Source of the DNA: Nitrosopumilaceae archaeon
Lineage (GTDB): Archaea > Thermoproteota > Nitrososphaeria > Nitrososphaerales > Nitrosopumilaceae
Direction of reading: 5' to 3'
NCBI GenBank assembly: GCA_965214835.1
Contig: CBDCCK010000002.1
Location: forward strand, 1,792,001-1,856,000
DNA length: 64,000 bases
A model generated the notes under the pieces. The model had not been told where the DNA came from. It was given only the letters and a program-made list of their open reading frames with translations, and did not search any database. Shown here piece by piece: positions 22,201 through 30,959 of this stretch (positions within the stretch are counted from its first letter, which is position 1; the number at the start of each line of letters is the position of its first letter). The translations under genes and the position numbers were made by a program.

Positions 22201-23411
22201 TGGAGGAGGCCGGATGGGACGCCGAACCTGAGGAGATAAGGGCCGCCCTCCCAGAGGCCGCATCCCGGTACGAGGGGGCAATCGGAGACATAAACCTGAA
22301 TGCGGCAGGAGACCTGGACTGGTCCGTGTATGCCGTGTGGGGGATAGACGACTCGGGCTGGATGCGCCTAGGCGTCTGGGACGACGGATTCAAGCCCGAC
22401 TCGAGGGGCGGCGGCAACGACGACGAGTGGCAGACTGCCCCGACCTTTGGCGTATCGCCGCAGACGGGCGGCCAGATGGTAAGCTGCGGATACTCCATGG
22501 ACGGCATCTGCCGCGACGTGCTTGACTATCACGTCGATTACAGGCGCGAGTCAATACAGACAGACACAAAGCACGACTTTACGCTCAGGGCGCACTCTGT
22601 CACAGGAGTCCAGCAGTTCCAGATAGGCTTCGGGGTGCCCGGGGTCGGCTCGCCCATAGGCGACTCTGAGGCCGTCCTGACCGTCGAGCTCGGGCGCGAC
22701 TATTCTGCAGACTCTACATACGAGATACTGGATGCCGTATACACGGATCCAAACGACGTCATAGGCGAGGCCGCCCTAGACGTGGAGCTTGTCGGGTGCA
22801 TGTCCCCCGGGGATCCCACAAGATGCGTCGAGCTCTCAATTGAGGGGCTGCTGTTCCGCGAGCAGATGTACCACGAGCCCTTTGTCATATATGTGATGGA
22901 CGTGCAGCGCTGGAGCGCGCAGAACTACATGAACGAGGGCCTGCTGGTACAGGGCGACTCTATGAACCCGGCGCCGCTGGATACTGCGGGGATATACAAG
23001 CGCGGGCAGCAGTACGAGGCGGCCGTCATACAGCTGGAGCGCACCGACAAGCTGGCAGACCTGTGGGCCGACCAGTGGGGCAACGAGTGGGCCCGCAACT
23101 CGCACGGAACCTGGTACAGGACCGTCCCCGACGCCTTTGAGCGCCACCAGGACGACATGTGGACGGTGATGAACAGGATGAACTCCAACTTTGCGACACT
23201 CGTGCAGGCCGAGCAGGACAGGGCCGTGCTGGTATTTGATGCGGCGCAGCTCGTACGGGAGCCCGGATCCGTGTTTGCATACGAGTATCCTGACATACAG
23301 CCCGGGGACGTGCGGCTTGAGCAGCTGGCCGACGCTCTGCTTGCAGAGCGGCTCAGGGCGCAGGAGATCATAGACAGGATGATGTCCATGACATACCACG
23401 TATCGGACTAG
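16284..23411 (+). CDS. Giant secreted/surface protein: LVIVD-type repeats, Ig/cadherin-like and DUF5011-like domains, type I periplasmic-binding domain
   Basis: Signal peptide ending AYA-Q; more than 20 repeats of DDGLQIVDVTDPxNP; VTITVDDGRGG Ig repeats; DPGA.A.D / YTVTYTATD; GPVRS, SCCSTA, FRLAPDD, YDTIWV solute-binding motifs. Confidence 0.85.
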   Translation: MMFIAAAVSGLAAAGGLQEAYAQHPLVEVTATGMLDNNNSIELDSPYAVDIFTIGGNTYAAIAARLDNGLQIVDVSDPDNPAPAGKLEDTEGSNELLLEGAFDVDVFMIGSNTYVAVASFVDDGLQIVDVSDPANPSAAGSLGNDGTRELNGARGVDVFTIGSNTYVAVASFDDDGLQIVDVSDPANPSAAGSLGNDGTRELNGARGVDVFTIGSNTYAAVIAETDDGLQIVDVSDPDNPAPAGKLEDTVGSDELLLDDPYDVDVFTIGSNTYAAVASWADDGLQIVDVTDPDNPAAVGSLGDGGSRLLDGASAVSTFTIGDKAYAAVTSTADDGLQIVDVTNPASPAAVGSLKDGGSRELDGALGVNVFMIGSRTYAAVTSFLDDGLQLAEISQIPASPDSPIPSGSLPDGTSLLLEKSRSVDTFEIGGSTYAVAVSSSENGTQIVDVTNPAAPTATGNLADDTTRLLEGARGVKVFMAGGNTYAVVTAHGDDGVEVIDVTDPDNPASVGRLADDGSRLLDGATAVTTFGIGTDTYAAVTSQHDGGLQIIDITNPASPAAADKLEDDGSWLLGDTSAVDTFEIGGSTYAVVASWADDGLQIVDVTDPDNLAAAGQLADDNDLLLRGIRDMAVFETGGSVYAAVASWADDGLQIVDITDPDNPAAAGKLADDNDLLLDGASGVEIFRTDMKVYAAVASQTDDGIQIVDITDPDNPLGAGLVGDGPLYSLDAARDLAVFMMGSNTYTVVASDTEGLQTVKLTEAHNNAPVLGTIGDQTAAPDIQLVITPTVTDADSTDTHTYLISRGTLPAAAVFDTADGSIVWTPVQGDVGQTHTVTITVDDGRGGADSETFDIVVGELAAVGSLGDDTNLLLGGAHDVDTFTIGQNTYAVVVAETDDGIQIVDVTNPASPVAVGHLSDDTNILLDGPRGVDISVIGGNTYAIVATYFESALQIVNVTDPTDPVAAGSLKDTNSLELETPQAVAVFTIGSNTYAAVASYQDNALQIVDITNPAAPMATGNLKDGGSARLDGPRDVEIFTIGSNTYAAVASSLDNALQIVDVTDPADPTPAGRLSDTGSRELGGPRGVEIFTICSNTYAAVAAYKDHGLQIVDVTDPADPMPTGKLEDSNSRNLQSPRGVAVFTTGSNIYAAVASFHDDGLQIVDVTDPTDPTPAGRLSDTGSRELGGASAVTTFTIGSNTYAAVASTSDNGLQLARLGAEAGTLPNCVPVLGAIGNQTATPGMQLTITPMVTDADTTDTHTYSITRGTLPAAAVFNTSDGTLVWTPVQGDVGQTHQVTITVDDGRGGTDSETFDIAVADEGTIPPNSSPVAPNETATTAEDTPITITPAISDPDTSDTPVISAVENPPNGSATHDDTTITYIPDQDYVGTDTFGYTISDGTDTAQGTVTITVTRDNNDPVMDTIGNQNAVLDIPLTVTPRVTDADTTDTHTYSISRGTLPAAAVFNTSDGTLVWTPVQGDVGQTHQVTITVDDGRGGTDSETFGITVAARAVIILNGTDPWHHELGDDPYIDPGAEATDGSTVNTDASAVDVNVAGNYTVNYTATDTQGDIIMANRTVQVRDTTPPVIDISGNPQVTTPLGSEYTDAGATSTDNDPNYADAVSDDAASVDTSRPGTYTVTYTATDAAGNTGTATRTVTIPVEYITMGALIPQTGGLGGQLGEHHTFAANAAVDDLNAYLERNGAVWRADQLVINDTEAADVQTLIRSLDSAGITMVSGPVRSSELDAIRNYADSNGMILVSCCSTALSLAIEGDNIFRLAPDDSQQGSVIAGLLGDEYEKDVMVVVWRDDIWGEGIRNSAVTEFEALGGTADELGSYDPDDPDLDGTFEALAARLSTAVSGHVENVGADRVSVLFIGQEEMSRFVAKAAGHPVLGTVQWMGSDASVNSAALVDAPRVFEFLRDADFQASVFAEDSDSPAYRYLTDLIDDEFGTAPAVYTYGMYDTIWVMGLALEEAGWDAEPEEIRAALPEAASRYEGAIGDINLNAAGDLDWSVYAVWGIDDSGWMRLGVWDDGFKPDSRGGGNDDEWQTAPTFGVSPQTGGQMVSCGYSMDGICRDVLDYHVDYRRESIQTDTKHDFTLRAHSVTGVQQFQIGFGVPGVGSPIGDSEAVLTVELGRDYSADSTYEILDAVYTDPNDVIGEAALDVELVGCMSPGDPTRCVELSIEGLLFREQMYHEPFVIYVMDVQRWSAQNYMNEGLLVQGDSMNPAPLDTAGIYKRGQQYEAAVIQLERTDKLADLWADQWGNEWARNSHGTWYRTVPDAFERHQDDMWTVMNRMNSNFATLVQAEQDRAVLVFDAAQLVREPGSVFAYEYPDIQPGDVRLEQLADALLAERLRAQEIIDRMMSMTYHVSD

Positions 23412-23492
23412 CCCGGCATGGATACCGGGCCGACAGAGCCTGCAAGGCAAAAGTGTATGGTTGCATACCTTCAGCCAACTAGGCATGTGTGG

Positions 23493-23597
23493 GTAACAGC
23501 TCGGACTCGAAGTCCTGGCGTGAGTTTTGCCGCCGGGGATCTTTGCAGATGTAATCCGCACCTAAAATCGTAAGTCACCTCAAGCCCGAACTGCTAC
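23493..23597. mobile_element. Degenerate MITE family E
   Basis: Colinear similarity to 15258-15368. Confidence 0.6.
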
Positions 23598-23607
23598 CGG
23601 GCAGGGC

Positions 23608-24906
23608 CTAAAAGACGCCCCTGATTTTGTCAACGACCTTCTGTGGAGTCTCCCCGAAGACTAGCATCATCGGCTCCTTTCCCCAGTCACCCCTGTGGAA
23701 GATCACGTCCGGCGCAGACTCGGCACCTGCGATTGCCGACTTGATTCCCCATGGGACCGACGAGCCCTCCCTCCTTTTGGTACGGGCAGGCTCCGCGCCC
23801 CTGTCATAGCTTAGAATCGTCAACCTTTTTGATTTTAGCTTGTTCAGGGCTTTTGCGTCATATCTTACGTTTACTCCAGAGCGGATTTCTGGAAACCTCC
23901 TGCTGACCTCCAACACTGCGGATGCCACGTGCCTTGATCCGCCTAGTTCTATCCCGCCTGCAACGATTACCCCCTCCCCCGCCCTGACTATTCTTCCCGC
24001 AACCCCCGCAATGTCATCGGTCCGTCTTGGATTGTGCCTTGAGAAGACAAAGTTGGTCTGGCACTCTGGTATTGCCCTGTGTATGTTGCTTATCGTTACA
24101 AACTCTGCGATTCCGCCCGCAAGGTCGTCTTTAACATTGCTCTCTAGTCTCTGCTCTGCTATCCTGACACCCCTGCCGATTCTCTTTGCGCCGATGATTG
24201 AGCGTCTTGCAAACTCGCCTGCAAACCTTGCCGCCTTGAAGATATCTGCCCCCCCTGCTATGGATACTGCCAGTGCCGCCGAAAACGTGCACCCGCCGCC
24301 GTGGCTCTCGGCCCTGATCCTGCCTGACACGATCTTTTGTTCCCCTGACTTTGTCCTGACAAGGTCTGCAACGCCGTCTTTCTCGTCGATTCCGGTTATG
24401 ACGACATTTTTTGTGCCCATCCTGACTATCCTGTCTGCCATTTTTCTGATGTCTGATCTTCTAGTCATTTTGATGCCTGAGACGGCTTCTGCCTCCTCCA
24501 CGTTTGGAGTGATCGCATAGGCCAGCGGGACAATCATCTCCTGAAAGTCCTTTACCGATTCCTTTTTTAACAAAACCCCGCCCGTCGTGGATCTTATCAC
24601 GGGATCAACGACGATCGGAGTACTTGATGACCTCAGGGCGCCATGCAGGACCGCAATGGTCTTTGAGTCATAGACCATCCCTATCTTTATCACGTCAACC
24701 TCAAAGTCCGACGTTACGGATTCAATCTGCCTCAGGATTGTCCTGGCAGGCACCGGCGTGGTCGTGTGGTATCCTGACGTATTCTGGCCTGTAATGGCCG
24801 TGACTACCGTGAGGCAGTAGCTGTCCAGCAGCTGCGCGGTCCTGATGTCGCTCTGTATTCCCGCACCCGCAGAGGGATCCGATCCACCTATTGACAAGAC
24901 ATTCAT
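23608..24906 (-). CDS. thiD: Bifunctional HMP/HMP-P kinase / thiamine-phosphate synthase ThiDN
   Basis: IGGSDPSAGAGIQSD, VVDPV, ITPN, HGGGCTFS, then ThiN domain IPECQTN, GGSRHVA, GDWGKEPM; start placed at MNVLSIGG. Confidence 0.9.
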   Translation of the reverse strand: MNVLSIGGSDPSAGAGIQSDIRTAQLLDSYCLTVVTAITGQNTSGYHTTTPVPARTILRQIESVTSDFEVDVIKIGMVYDSKTIAVLHGALRSSSTPIVVDPVIRSTTGGVLLKKESVKDFQEMIVPLAYAITPNVEEAEAVSGIKMTRRSDIRKMADRIVRMGTKNVVITGIDEKDGVADLVRTKSGEQKIVSGRIRAESHGGGCTFSAALAVSIAGGADIFKAARFAGEFARRSIIGAKRIGRGVRIAEQRLESNVKDDLAGGIAEFVTISNIHRAIPECQTNFVFSRHNPRRTDDIAGVAGRIVRAGEGVIVAGGIELGGSRHVASAVLEVSRRFPEIRSGVNVRYDAKALNKLKSKRLTILSYDRGAEPARTKRREGSSVPWGIKSAIAGAESAPDVIFHRGDWGKEPMMLVFGETPQKVVDKIRGVF

Positions 24907-24929
24907 GGCCTTCCATTGCTGTAATGCCG

Positions 24930-25740
24930 GGTCTGGTATTTCAGTATCCATGTGAGATCTTTTTAAGCATTTTCCAGGATTTCGTGATCTGGGGCATGGC
25001 TTTCGCCAGGGTTGCTCCATTTCCAAAGGGATGATCGGACATGTATCCATTCGGGGCTTTCCCCCGATACCATCTTCATCCATTTGTTAGGCGATCCCGC
25101 AGTTAGTTCCCCGAGGCATTATCCTCATACCTGTCTGCCCGTCCGGCGACACATTCCTGGGCGTCTTGTTATAGTACAGCGCCATCCGGGTTGCCCCGCT
25201 GGTAACAGGTTAGCCCCTGCCTAGGCAGCAATCAGGCGCGAATCTGCCTGCAGTTGTGATTTTCATGCCTGGCCGGCAAGGGACGCAACTCCAACTCTAG
25301 GCAGGGGCTAGCCTGTTACCCCCGCTGTACTGCAACGCCCTGCGCGTGCTCCAGCCCCTGTCCTTCAGTTCGGTTATGACCGTCACCTTTTGCCTGCCTC
25401 CAAGGTTTTTTAATACCGCATTGGCCACGGCGTACTCTCCGACTATCTTCTTGAGCGATTCGATCTCCTTTTGCTGTCACTCCGTTGACTTGTGGCCCCT
25501 GCACGACAGTGAGGCGCGTCCGGCCTGCAAAAAGCGCTCCCTCCACTGGTAAAACGTCCTCGGGGAGAGGTTGTGGCGGCGGCACAGCTCTGCCGTCTCG
25601 ATGTTGGCGTTTAGGCGCCCCCATGACTATCCCCATCCTGTCCTGTGTACTCCATGTTTTCTTGCTCATATCTGTGGTTCGACCTCCTGACTCAAAGTGT
25701 GCGAAAAAAAGCGTTCCTATTCTAGCGGGGTCCGCACCAG
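24930..25740 (-). pseudogene. IS3-like element remnant interrupted by a MITE
   Basis: HTH orfA fragment (AELCRRHNL, SLKKIVGEYAVAN) and orfB fragments with frameshifts. Confidence 0.65.
25202..25319. mobile_element. IS66-type MITE
   Basis: TIR gtaacagg(t/c)tagcccctgcctag, 8-bp TSD CCCCGCTG. Confidence 0.85.
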
Positions 25741-26024
25741 TCGATTACGCATAAAGTCTAATGACAACAACGCTTCCAAGGATTTTGTTTTCGTACCATT
25801 TCCAGAACCTACCTAACGCATCCATGCATGGTACTGATCAGGGTGGCAGATAAATGGTGCGAAAGTTAAAGGTGCCTAACTAGTCCACACTAATTTTTTT
25901 GTGCGTGTTTTTTGAAAAACCAGCACGAGCCAGCCCCTGATTGATGAGAATTCTCAAATACCGGCGGCGGTAAACAGAGTCGTTGATCATCGGAAAAATA
26001 AGAAAAGGTGAAAAAACAACCAGA

Positions 26025-26192
26025 ATGAATATCGACATCATCTGCACAAACTGCAGCAAAAGGGTCCCGGGTGGAATAAAGGCATCAGAGGGATTTTCAA
26101 AAACCAGGGAGTTTCAAGACGAGGTCTGCAGGATGAGGAAGGGCTATCTGTGCGGAGCCTGCAGGGATAGGAAAAGAGTAGACTTTGCGTAA
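26025..26192 (+). CDS. Small zinc-finger protein (CxxC...CxxC)
   Basis: CTNC and YLCGACRD; stop codon lies inside the adjacent MITE. Confidence 0.6.
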   Translation: MNIDIICTNCSKRVPGGIKASEGFSKTREFQDEVCRMRKGYLCGACRDRKRVDFA

Positions 26193-26255
26193 TCGGTGCA
26201 GATCTAATTATTACGAGCAAATTCATCTCATTCAGGTCGATTACGCATAAAGTCT
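26180..26255. mobile_element. MITE family A
   Basis: TIR agactttgcgtaatcg, TSD AGT. Confidence 0.8.
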
Positions 26256-26267
26256 AGTGGGCGCATC

Positions 26268-26576
26268 TTGAACCCACTGTTTCAGCTAAGCACGCGGTCA
26301 TACGGGAAGGAGATTGTGATTGTGAGAAAGGCATTGTCGGATTTGGAAAAAGAGTGCGGCACTGCAGGAGTGGTCATCGGGGAGCCGTTTGACAGATTCG
26401 GATGGACGTTTTTTAACGTTCAAATCAGCGAGGAGATGGCCGGAATCATCGAGGGGTCAGGCATGATGGAGGGGGCAGCCGGATACAGGATCGGAGAGCA
26501 GCTTGCCAACTTTGTCGGACACTATCTTGATACGCGGGGATGCAACGTGCGAATCAAAAAGATCGACTATGGGTGA
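26268..26576 (+). CDS. Hypothetical protein
   Basis: 102-aa ORF with protein-like composition. Confidence 0.6.
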   Translation: MNPLFQLSTRSYGKEIVIVRKALSDLEKECGTAGVVIGEPFDRFGWTFFNVQISEEMAGIIEGSGMMEGAAGYRIGEQLANFVGHYLDTRGCNVRIKKIDYG

Positions 26577-26932
26577 GGTGCTTTACAATACGGCAAGTCC
26601 ACCGGGGACACGTGTAGCGCAGCTGGCCACCAGCGTGTTCTGCTGGACACCAAAGGCCCAGGCGATTATCCAAAGGCGCCAGCCGTGCTGACAGGTAGCG
26701 TGCTGCATGACCCGGGTTTTAGGCGCAGAAAAACCTGCCGCCTTTACGCGTTCAGGCACGGCCGGGCAGCAAGACAAGGGCGGCAAGAGGGGCACAGCCT
26801 GACTCAGCCCCCGCTCGGGACGCGGCCTCCGGCCCTGCCTCCGGAAGGCAAAGAGGCAGGCACCCGGCGATCACGCCTGACTGGGATCGTACAGTTTATC
26901 AGCCCGCAGCATGGTGGCCACACGTAGGCGGA

Positions 26933-27568
26933 TTGAAGACCATAGTAATCTTTGATTTTGATGGAACCATAGCAGACTCGGTACACCTCTTCATAGAGGC
27001 CATCAACAAATTTTCAGGCAGCTTTAGATACAAGAAGATCAAGGGGGACGAGCTGAGGATGCTACAAGGAAAGCGCCCCAGGCAGATCCTAAAGCATCTG
27101 GGGATCTCGCTGCTCAAGCTGCCGTTTGTCCTAAAGAGAGTACGCCGTGAGGTCAACAAGGGGGTGGCACAGGCAAGGCCGACAGTCGAGATCAAAGAAA
27201 CGCTGCTGGAGCTAAAAAAGGAGGGGTGTGAAATCGGAATCCTGACGTCCAATACGGAGCAAAACGTCAAGGAGTTCCTCATAAACAATGACCTGGACGT
27301 CTTTGATTTTTTGTATTCGGGAAACAGCATGTTTGGGAAGGGAGGGATCCTCAGAGCAATCATACGCAAAAACAGGCTTCAAAAAAGCAGGATATACTAT
27401 GTAGGAGACGAGATCAGGGATATTGATGCCGCAAGAAAGACGGGGGTCAAGATGATAGCGACATCGTGGGGATTCAACACCATGGAGGCGCTAAGGGGGG
27501 AGGGGCCTGACTTTACTGCAGAGTCCCCCGAGGATGTCAGAAACATCATCCTGGGCAAAAAAGAATAA
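26933..27568 (+). CDS. HAD superfamily hydrolase (phosphoglycolate phosphatase-like)
   Basis: IFDFDGTIADS, ILTSN, YVGDEIRDI, WGFN. Confidence 0.9.
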   Translation: MKTIVIFDFDGTIADSVHLFIEAINKFSGSFRYKKIKGDELRMLQGKRPRQILKHLGISLLKLPFVLKRVRREVNKGVAQARPTVEIKETLLELKKEGCEIGILTSNTEQNVKEFLINNDLDVFDFLYSGNSMFGKGGILRAIIRKNRLQKSRIYYVGDEIRDIDAARKTGVKMIATSWGFNTMEALRGEGPDFTAESPEDVRNIILGKKE

Positions 27569-27601
27569 ACATATACCAATCCCGTCCCCCCGCAGCATAT
27601 C

Positions 27602-28141
27602 ATGAGCAAGAACTTTTGGCACGACATAGAGACGGGTAGCGACATACCTGAGATCGTAAACGTGATCGTGGAGATTCCAAAGGGCTCTCAGAACAAGTAC
27701 GAGTACGACAAGAGGCACAACATGATGAGGCTTGACAGGGTCCTGTTCTCGCCGTTTCACTATCCCGGGGACTATGGAATCATCCCCCAGACGCTGTCAG
27801 AGGACGGGGATCCGCTGGATGCGCTGGTTCTGGTGACAAATGCGACATATCCCGGAATCCTAATCGAGGCCAGGCCGATAGGGCTGCTGCGCATGAAAGA
27901 CGACGGGGCGCTGGACGACAAGATCATCTGCGTCTCAACCAACGATCCAAGATACCTGCACACAGCGGACATATCAAACATCGAGGACCACTACAGGTCA
28001 GAGATTGCGCACTTTTTCCAGGTGTACAAGGATCTGGAGGGAAAGAAGGTCGAGATACTGGGCTGGGAGTCGGCAAGAGATGCCAAGTCGGTGATTCTGG
28101 ACTCTGTCAAAAACTACAAGAGCACCCTCAAAAAATACTAG
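27602..28141 (+). CDS. ppa: Inorganic pyrophosphatase (family I)
   Basis: EIPKGS.NKYEYD, LDRVL, DGDPLD, DDKII, FFQVYKDLE. Confidence 0.95.
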   Translation: MSKNFWHDIETGSDIPEIVNVIVEIPKGSQNKYEYDKRHNMMRLDRVLFSPFHYPGDYGIIPQTLSEDGDPLDALVLVTNATYPGILIEARPIGLLRMKDDGALDDKIICVSTNDPRYLHTADISNIEDHYRSEIAHFFQVYKDLEGKKVEILGWESARDAKSVILDSVKNYKSTLKKY

Positions 28142-28308
28142 GCAGAAACGCCAGGCTGTAGGCATTTTTCCCCGCGCCATGGAACGGAGACGATCCCGCG
28201 TGCGGCTGCCAGAAACGTGCGGCAGGCTGCCCCCAGCGTACCGGCCCGAAAACCACCGTCCTTTTTCCAAGTATTGGTTTTTTAGTGGCATGCAATGCCC
28301 TGAAGAAA

Positions 28309-30114
28309 ATGGCAAAGTATCAGACGGGGCGCTGGGATCTAGCAGAGCTGGCAGTGGATCCGGGGGGTCCGGGGTTTGAGGCGCAGATCAGGGAGGCCGA
28401 GGAGCTTGCCAGGTCTTTTGGGGAACTCAGGTCTAGACTGAACCCCCGGATGTCGTCTAAGGAATTCATGGGGATCATTACAGACGAGGAGAGGCTAGTA
28501 GAAAAGATGGGCATGATCGGAGGCTTTGCGTCGCTCTCCTATGCGGCAGACACGCAGTCAGACGAGGCAACCTCGCTGATGACTAGGATCAGCAAGCTGG
28601 GCTCGGATATCTCCAACCAGGTGCTGTTTTTTGATCTCTGGTGGAAGCAAAAAATAGACGAGAAAAACGCCCAGAGGCTGATCAGGGGGGCAGGCGAGCT
28701 CCGAGGGCACCTCATGCACAAGAGGCTTGTCGCAAGGTACTCGCTGTCAGAGCCCGAGGAGCGCATAATCAACACGCTGGACGTCACGGGGGCCTCGGCC
28801 CTCGTAAAGCTGTATGACAAGATCACCAACGCGTTTGAGTACAGCGTAAGGGTAGGCGGCAGGGCAAAGACCATGACAAGGGAGCAGCTTACAAACCTTG
28901 TCAAGAGTCCAGATCCAAAGACAAGGGAGGCAGCTTACAAGTCGCTGCTGACAAAATTTGCAGACAACATGGGGGTGCTAGGCGAGATCTACCAAAACAT
29001 AGCGCTGAACTGGGGGGACGAGGGGATCGAGATCAGGGGACACTCCTCTCCGATCTCAATCAGGAACATAGGAAACGACATAGACGACAAGACGGTCGAC
29101 TCGCTGCTAGATGCCTGCAGGGCCAACGGCCAGGTCTTTCAGAGGTTCTTCGTCCAAAAGGCAAGGATGGCGGGGATGAAAAAGCTGCGCCGCTATGACC
29201 TGTACGCGCCGCCTGTGGCAGGGACGAGGGAGAGGAGGTACCCATATGACAGGGCAGTAAGCCTAGTCCTAGAGTCGCTAGAGGGCTTTAGTCCGAAGCT
29301 GTCGGACTTTGCAAGGAACGTCTTTACCGAGAACCACATAGACTCGCAGATCCGGGCGGGAAAGCGGGACGGCGCGTTCTGCAGCACGCCGTCGCCTAGG
29401 ATCACGCCGTTTGTGCTTGTAAACTATACCGGAAGGACAAGGGACGTCTTTACCCTGGCCCACGAGCTGGGTCATGCGGTGCACAGCCAGGCCGCAGGGG
29501 GGCGCTCGATTCTGGTGCATGACGCGCCGCTGCCGCTGGCAGAGACGGCATCCACGTTTGCTGAGCTGCTGCTATATGACAGCATCTCGGAGGGGATGGG
29601 AGAGGATGAAAAAAGAATCATGCTCTCAGAGAAGATCGACGACCTGTATGCGACAATCATGAGGCAGTCTTTTTTCACACTGTTTGAGATAGAGGCGCAC
29701 AGGCAGGTTGCCGGAACCACGACCGTTGACAAGCTGTCAAAGGCCTACCTGGCCAACCTGCAAGAGCAGTTTGGCAGCTCCGTGGCAGTCTCGGCTGACT
29801 TTGCAGCGGAGTGGAGCTGTATTCCCCACTTTTACCACACGCCGTTTTACTGTTATGCGTACTCGTTTGGCAACCTGCTGGCGCTGTCGTTGTTTCAGAG
29901 ATACAAGAGGGAGGGCAGGGATTTTGTTCCAGCGTACGTCGAAATCCTGGCCGCAGGGGGATCAGTCAAGCCCGAGCCGCTGCTCGGGGAGTACGGATTC
30001 GACATCAGATCCGCAAAGTTCTGGCAGGAGGGATTTGACTATGTCAGGTCGCAGGTCAGGGAGCTCTCAAGGCTTGCCCGGACGCAGGACTCGGCCGGAG
30101 GGGCCGCCCGGTGA
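28309..30114 (+). CDS. M3B oligoendopeptidase F family peptidase
   Basis: RWDL, GKRDGAFC, TLAHELGH, LAETASTFAE, HFYHTPFYCYAYSFG. Confidence 0.93.
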   Translation: MAKYQTGRWDLAELAVDPGGPGFEAQIREAEELARSFGELRSRLNPRMSSKEFMGIITDEERLVEKMGMIGGFASLSYAADTQSDEATSLMTRISKLGSDISNQVLFFDLWWKQKIDEKNAQRLIRGAGELRGHLMHKRLVARYSLSEPEERIINTLDVTGASALVKLYDKITNAFEYSVRVGGRAKTMTREQLTNLVKSPDPKTREAAYKSLLTKFADNMGVLGEIYQNIALNWGDEGIEIRGHSSPISIRNIGNDIDDKTVDSLLDACRANGQVFQRFFVQKARMAGMKKLRRYDLYAPPVAGTRERRYPYDRAVSLVLESLEGFSPKLSDFARNVFTENHIDSQIRAGKRDGAFCSTPSPRITPFVLVNYTGRTRDVFTLAHELGHAVHSQAAGGRSILVHDAPLPLAETASTFAELLLYDSISEGMGEDEKRIMLSEKIDDLYATIMRQSFFTLFEIEAHRQVAGTTTVDKLSKAYLANLQEQFGSSVAVSADFAAEWSCIPHFYHTPFYCYAYSFGNLLALSLFQRYKREGRDFVPAYVEILAAGGSVKPEPLLGEYGFDIRSAKFWQEGFDYVRSQVRELSRLARTQDSAGGAAR

Positions 30115-30201
30115 CCCGGGGCCACGCCTGCCGGCCACATGTGGAAGATTCTGGCGTAATTTGGTCTAACCTTTAAATGAAAATTCTCAGTCCTGCTCTC
30201 A

Positions 30202-30939
30202 ATGAACTCAAAACAGAGAGCCGGGATTCTTGCAGCATCGGCAATGGTTGCAATCATTACCATTGCAGGAGCCGCCGGAGTCCAAGAGTCCGGTGCTGCC
30301 AGGACCGTGACCTACGAGGTCACCGTTACGAATATCACGCCGGGCCAGCCGATCACTCCCCCCCTGCTGGTGACTCACGCCAGTGATGCCGGGTTTTTCA
30401 CGGTAGGCCATGAATCCAGCGAGCAGCTGCGGCAGCTTGCAGAAAACGGCAATGCAGAGCCGCTGGTTCAAAGCATGACTGGAAACGACGGGATCCTGGA
30501 TGTAATACAGGGCACCACGCCACTTGTTCCGGCAAACGATCCGGGACAGACGGGTCTTGCCCATTCTGAAACGTTTATGGTTTCTGCCAGCGGAGGCCAC
30601 AAATACCTGTCGTTTGCAAGCATGCTAGTCTGTACAAATGACGGCTTTGCAGGAATCGACGGCGTCAGGCTGCCCTACTACCACGAAAAGACGGTGTATG
30701 CAAAGGCATATGACGCAAGGACTGAGATGAACACGGAGGACTTTGCTGACCTGGTTCCGCCATGTCAGGGCGCCATCGGGATCGCCTCAGACGACGAGGG
30801 AACCGGTGAAAGTAATCCAGAAATCTCAGAGGAGGGAATAGTCATCCCACACCCGGGAATCACAGGCGACGATGATCTCACGGATGCCCACATGTGGGGC
30901 GGCCCTGTCGTTAAGATAGACATCGTACGGATGGGATAA
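30202..30939 (+). CDS. Secreted spondin-N domain protein
   Basis: Signal peptide; YEVTVTNIT, QLAENGN, SMLVCTNDGFAG, YDARTEMN. Confidence 0.85.
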   Translation: MNSKQRAGILAASAMVAIITIAGAAGVQESGAARTVTYEVTVTNITPGQPITPPLLVTHASDAGFFTVGHESSEQLRQLAENGNAEPLVQSMTGNDGILDVIQGTTPLVPANDPGQTGLAHSETFMVSASGGHKYLSFASMLVCTNDGFAGIDGVRLPYYHEKTVYAKAYDARTEMNTEDFADLVPPCQGAIGIASDDEGTGESNPEISEEGIVIPHPGITGDDDLTDAHMWGGPVVKIDIVRMG

Positions 30940-30959
30940 ACCCCCCACCATTTATTTTT

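Noticed and set aside
17411-23561. Many long antisense or alternative-frame ORFs over the surface protein, IS elements and housekeeping genes
   Set aside because: Shadow ORFs expected from GC-rich codon bias; no recognisable motifs.
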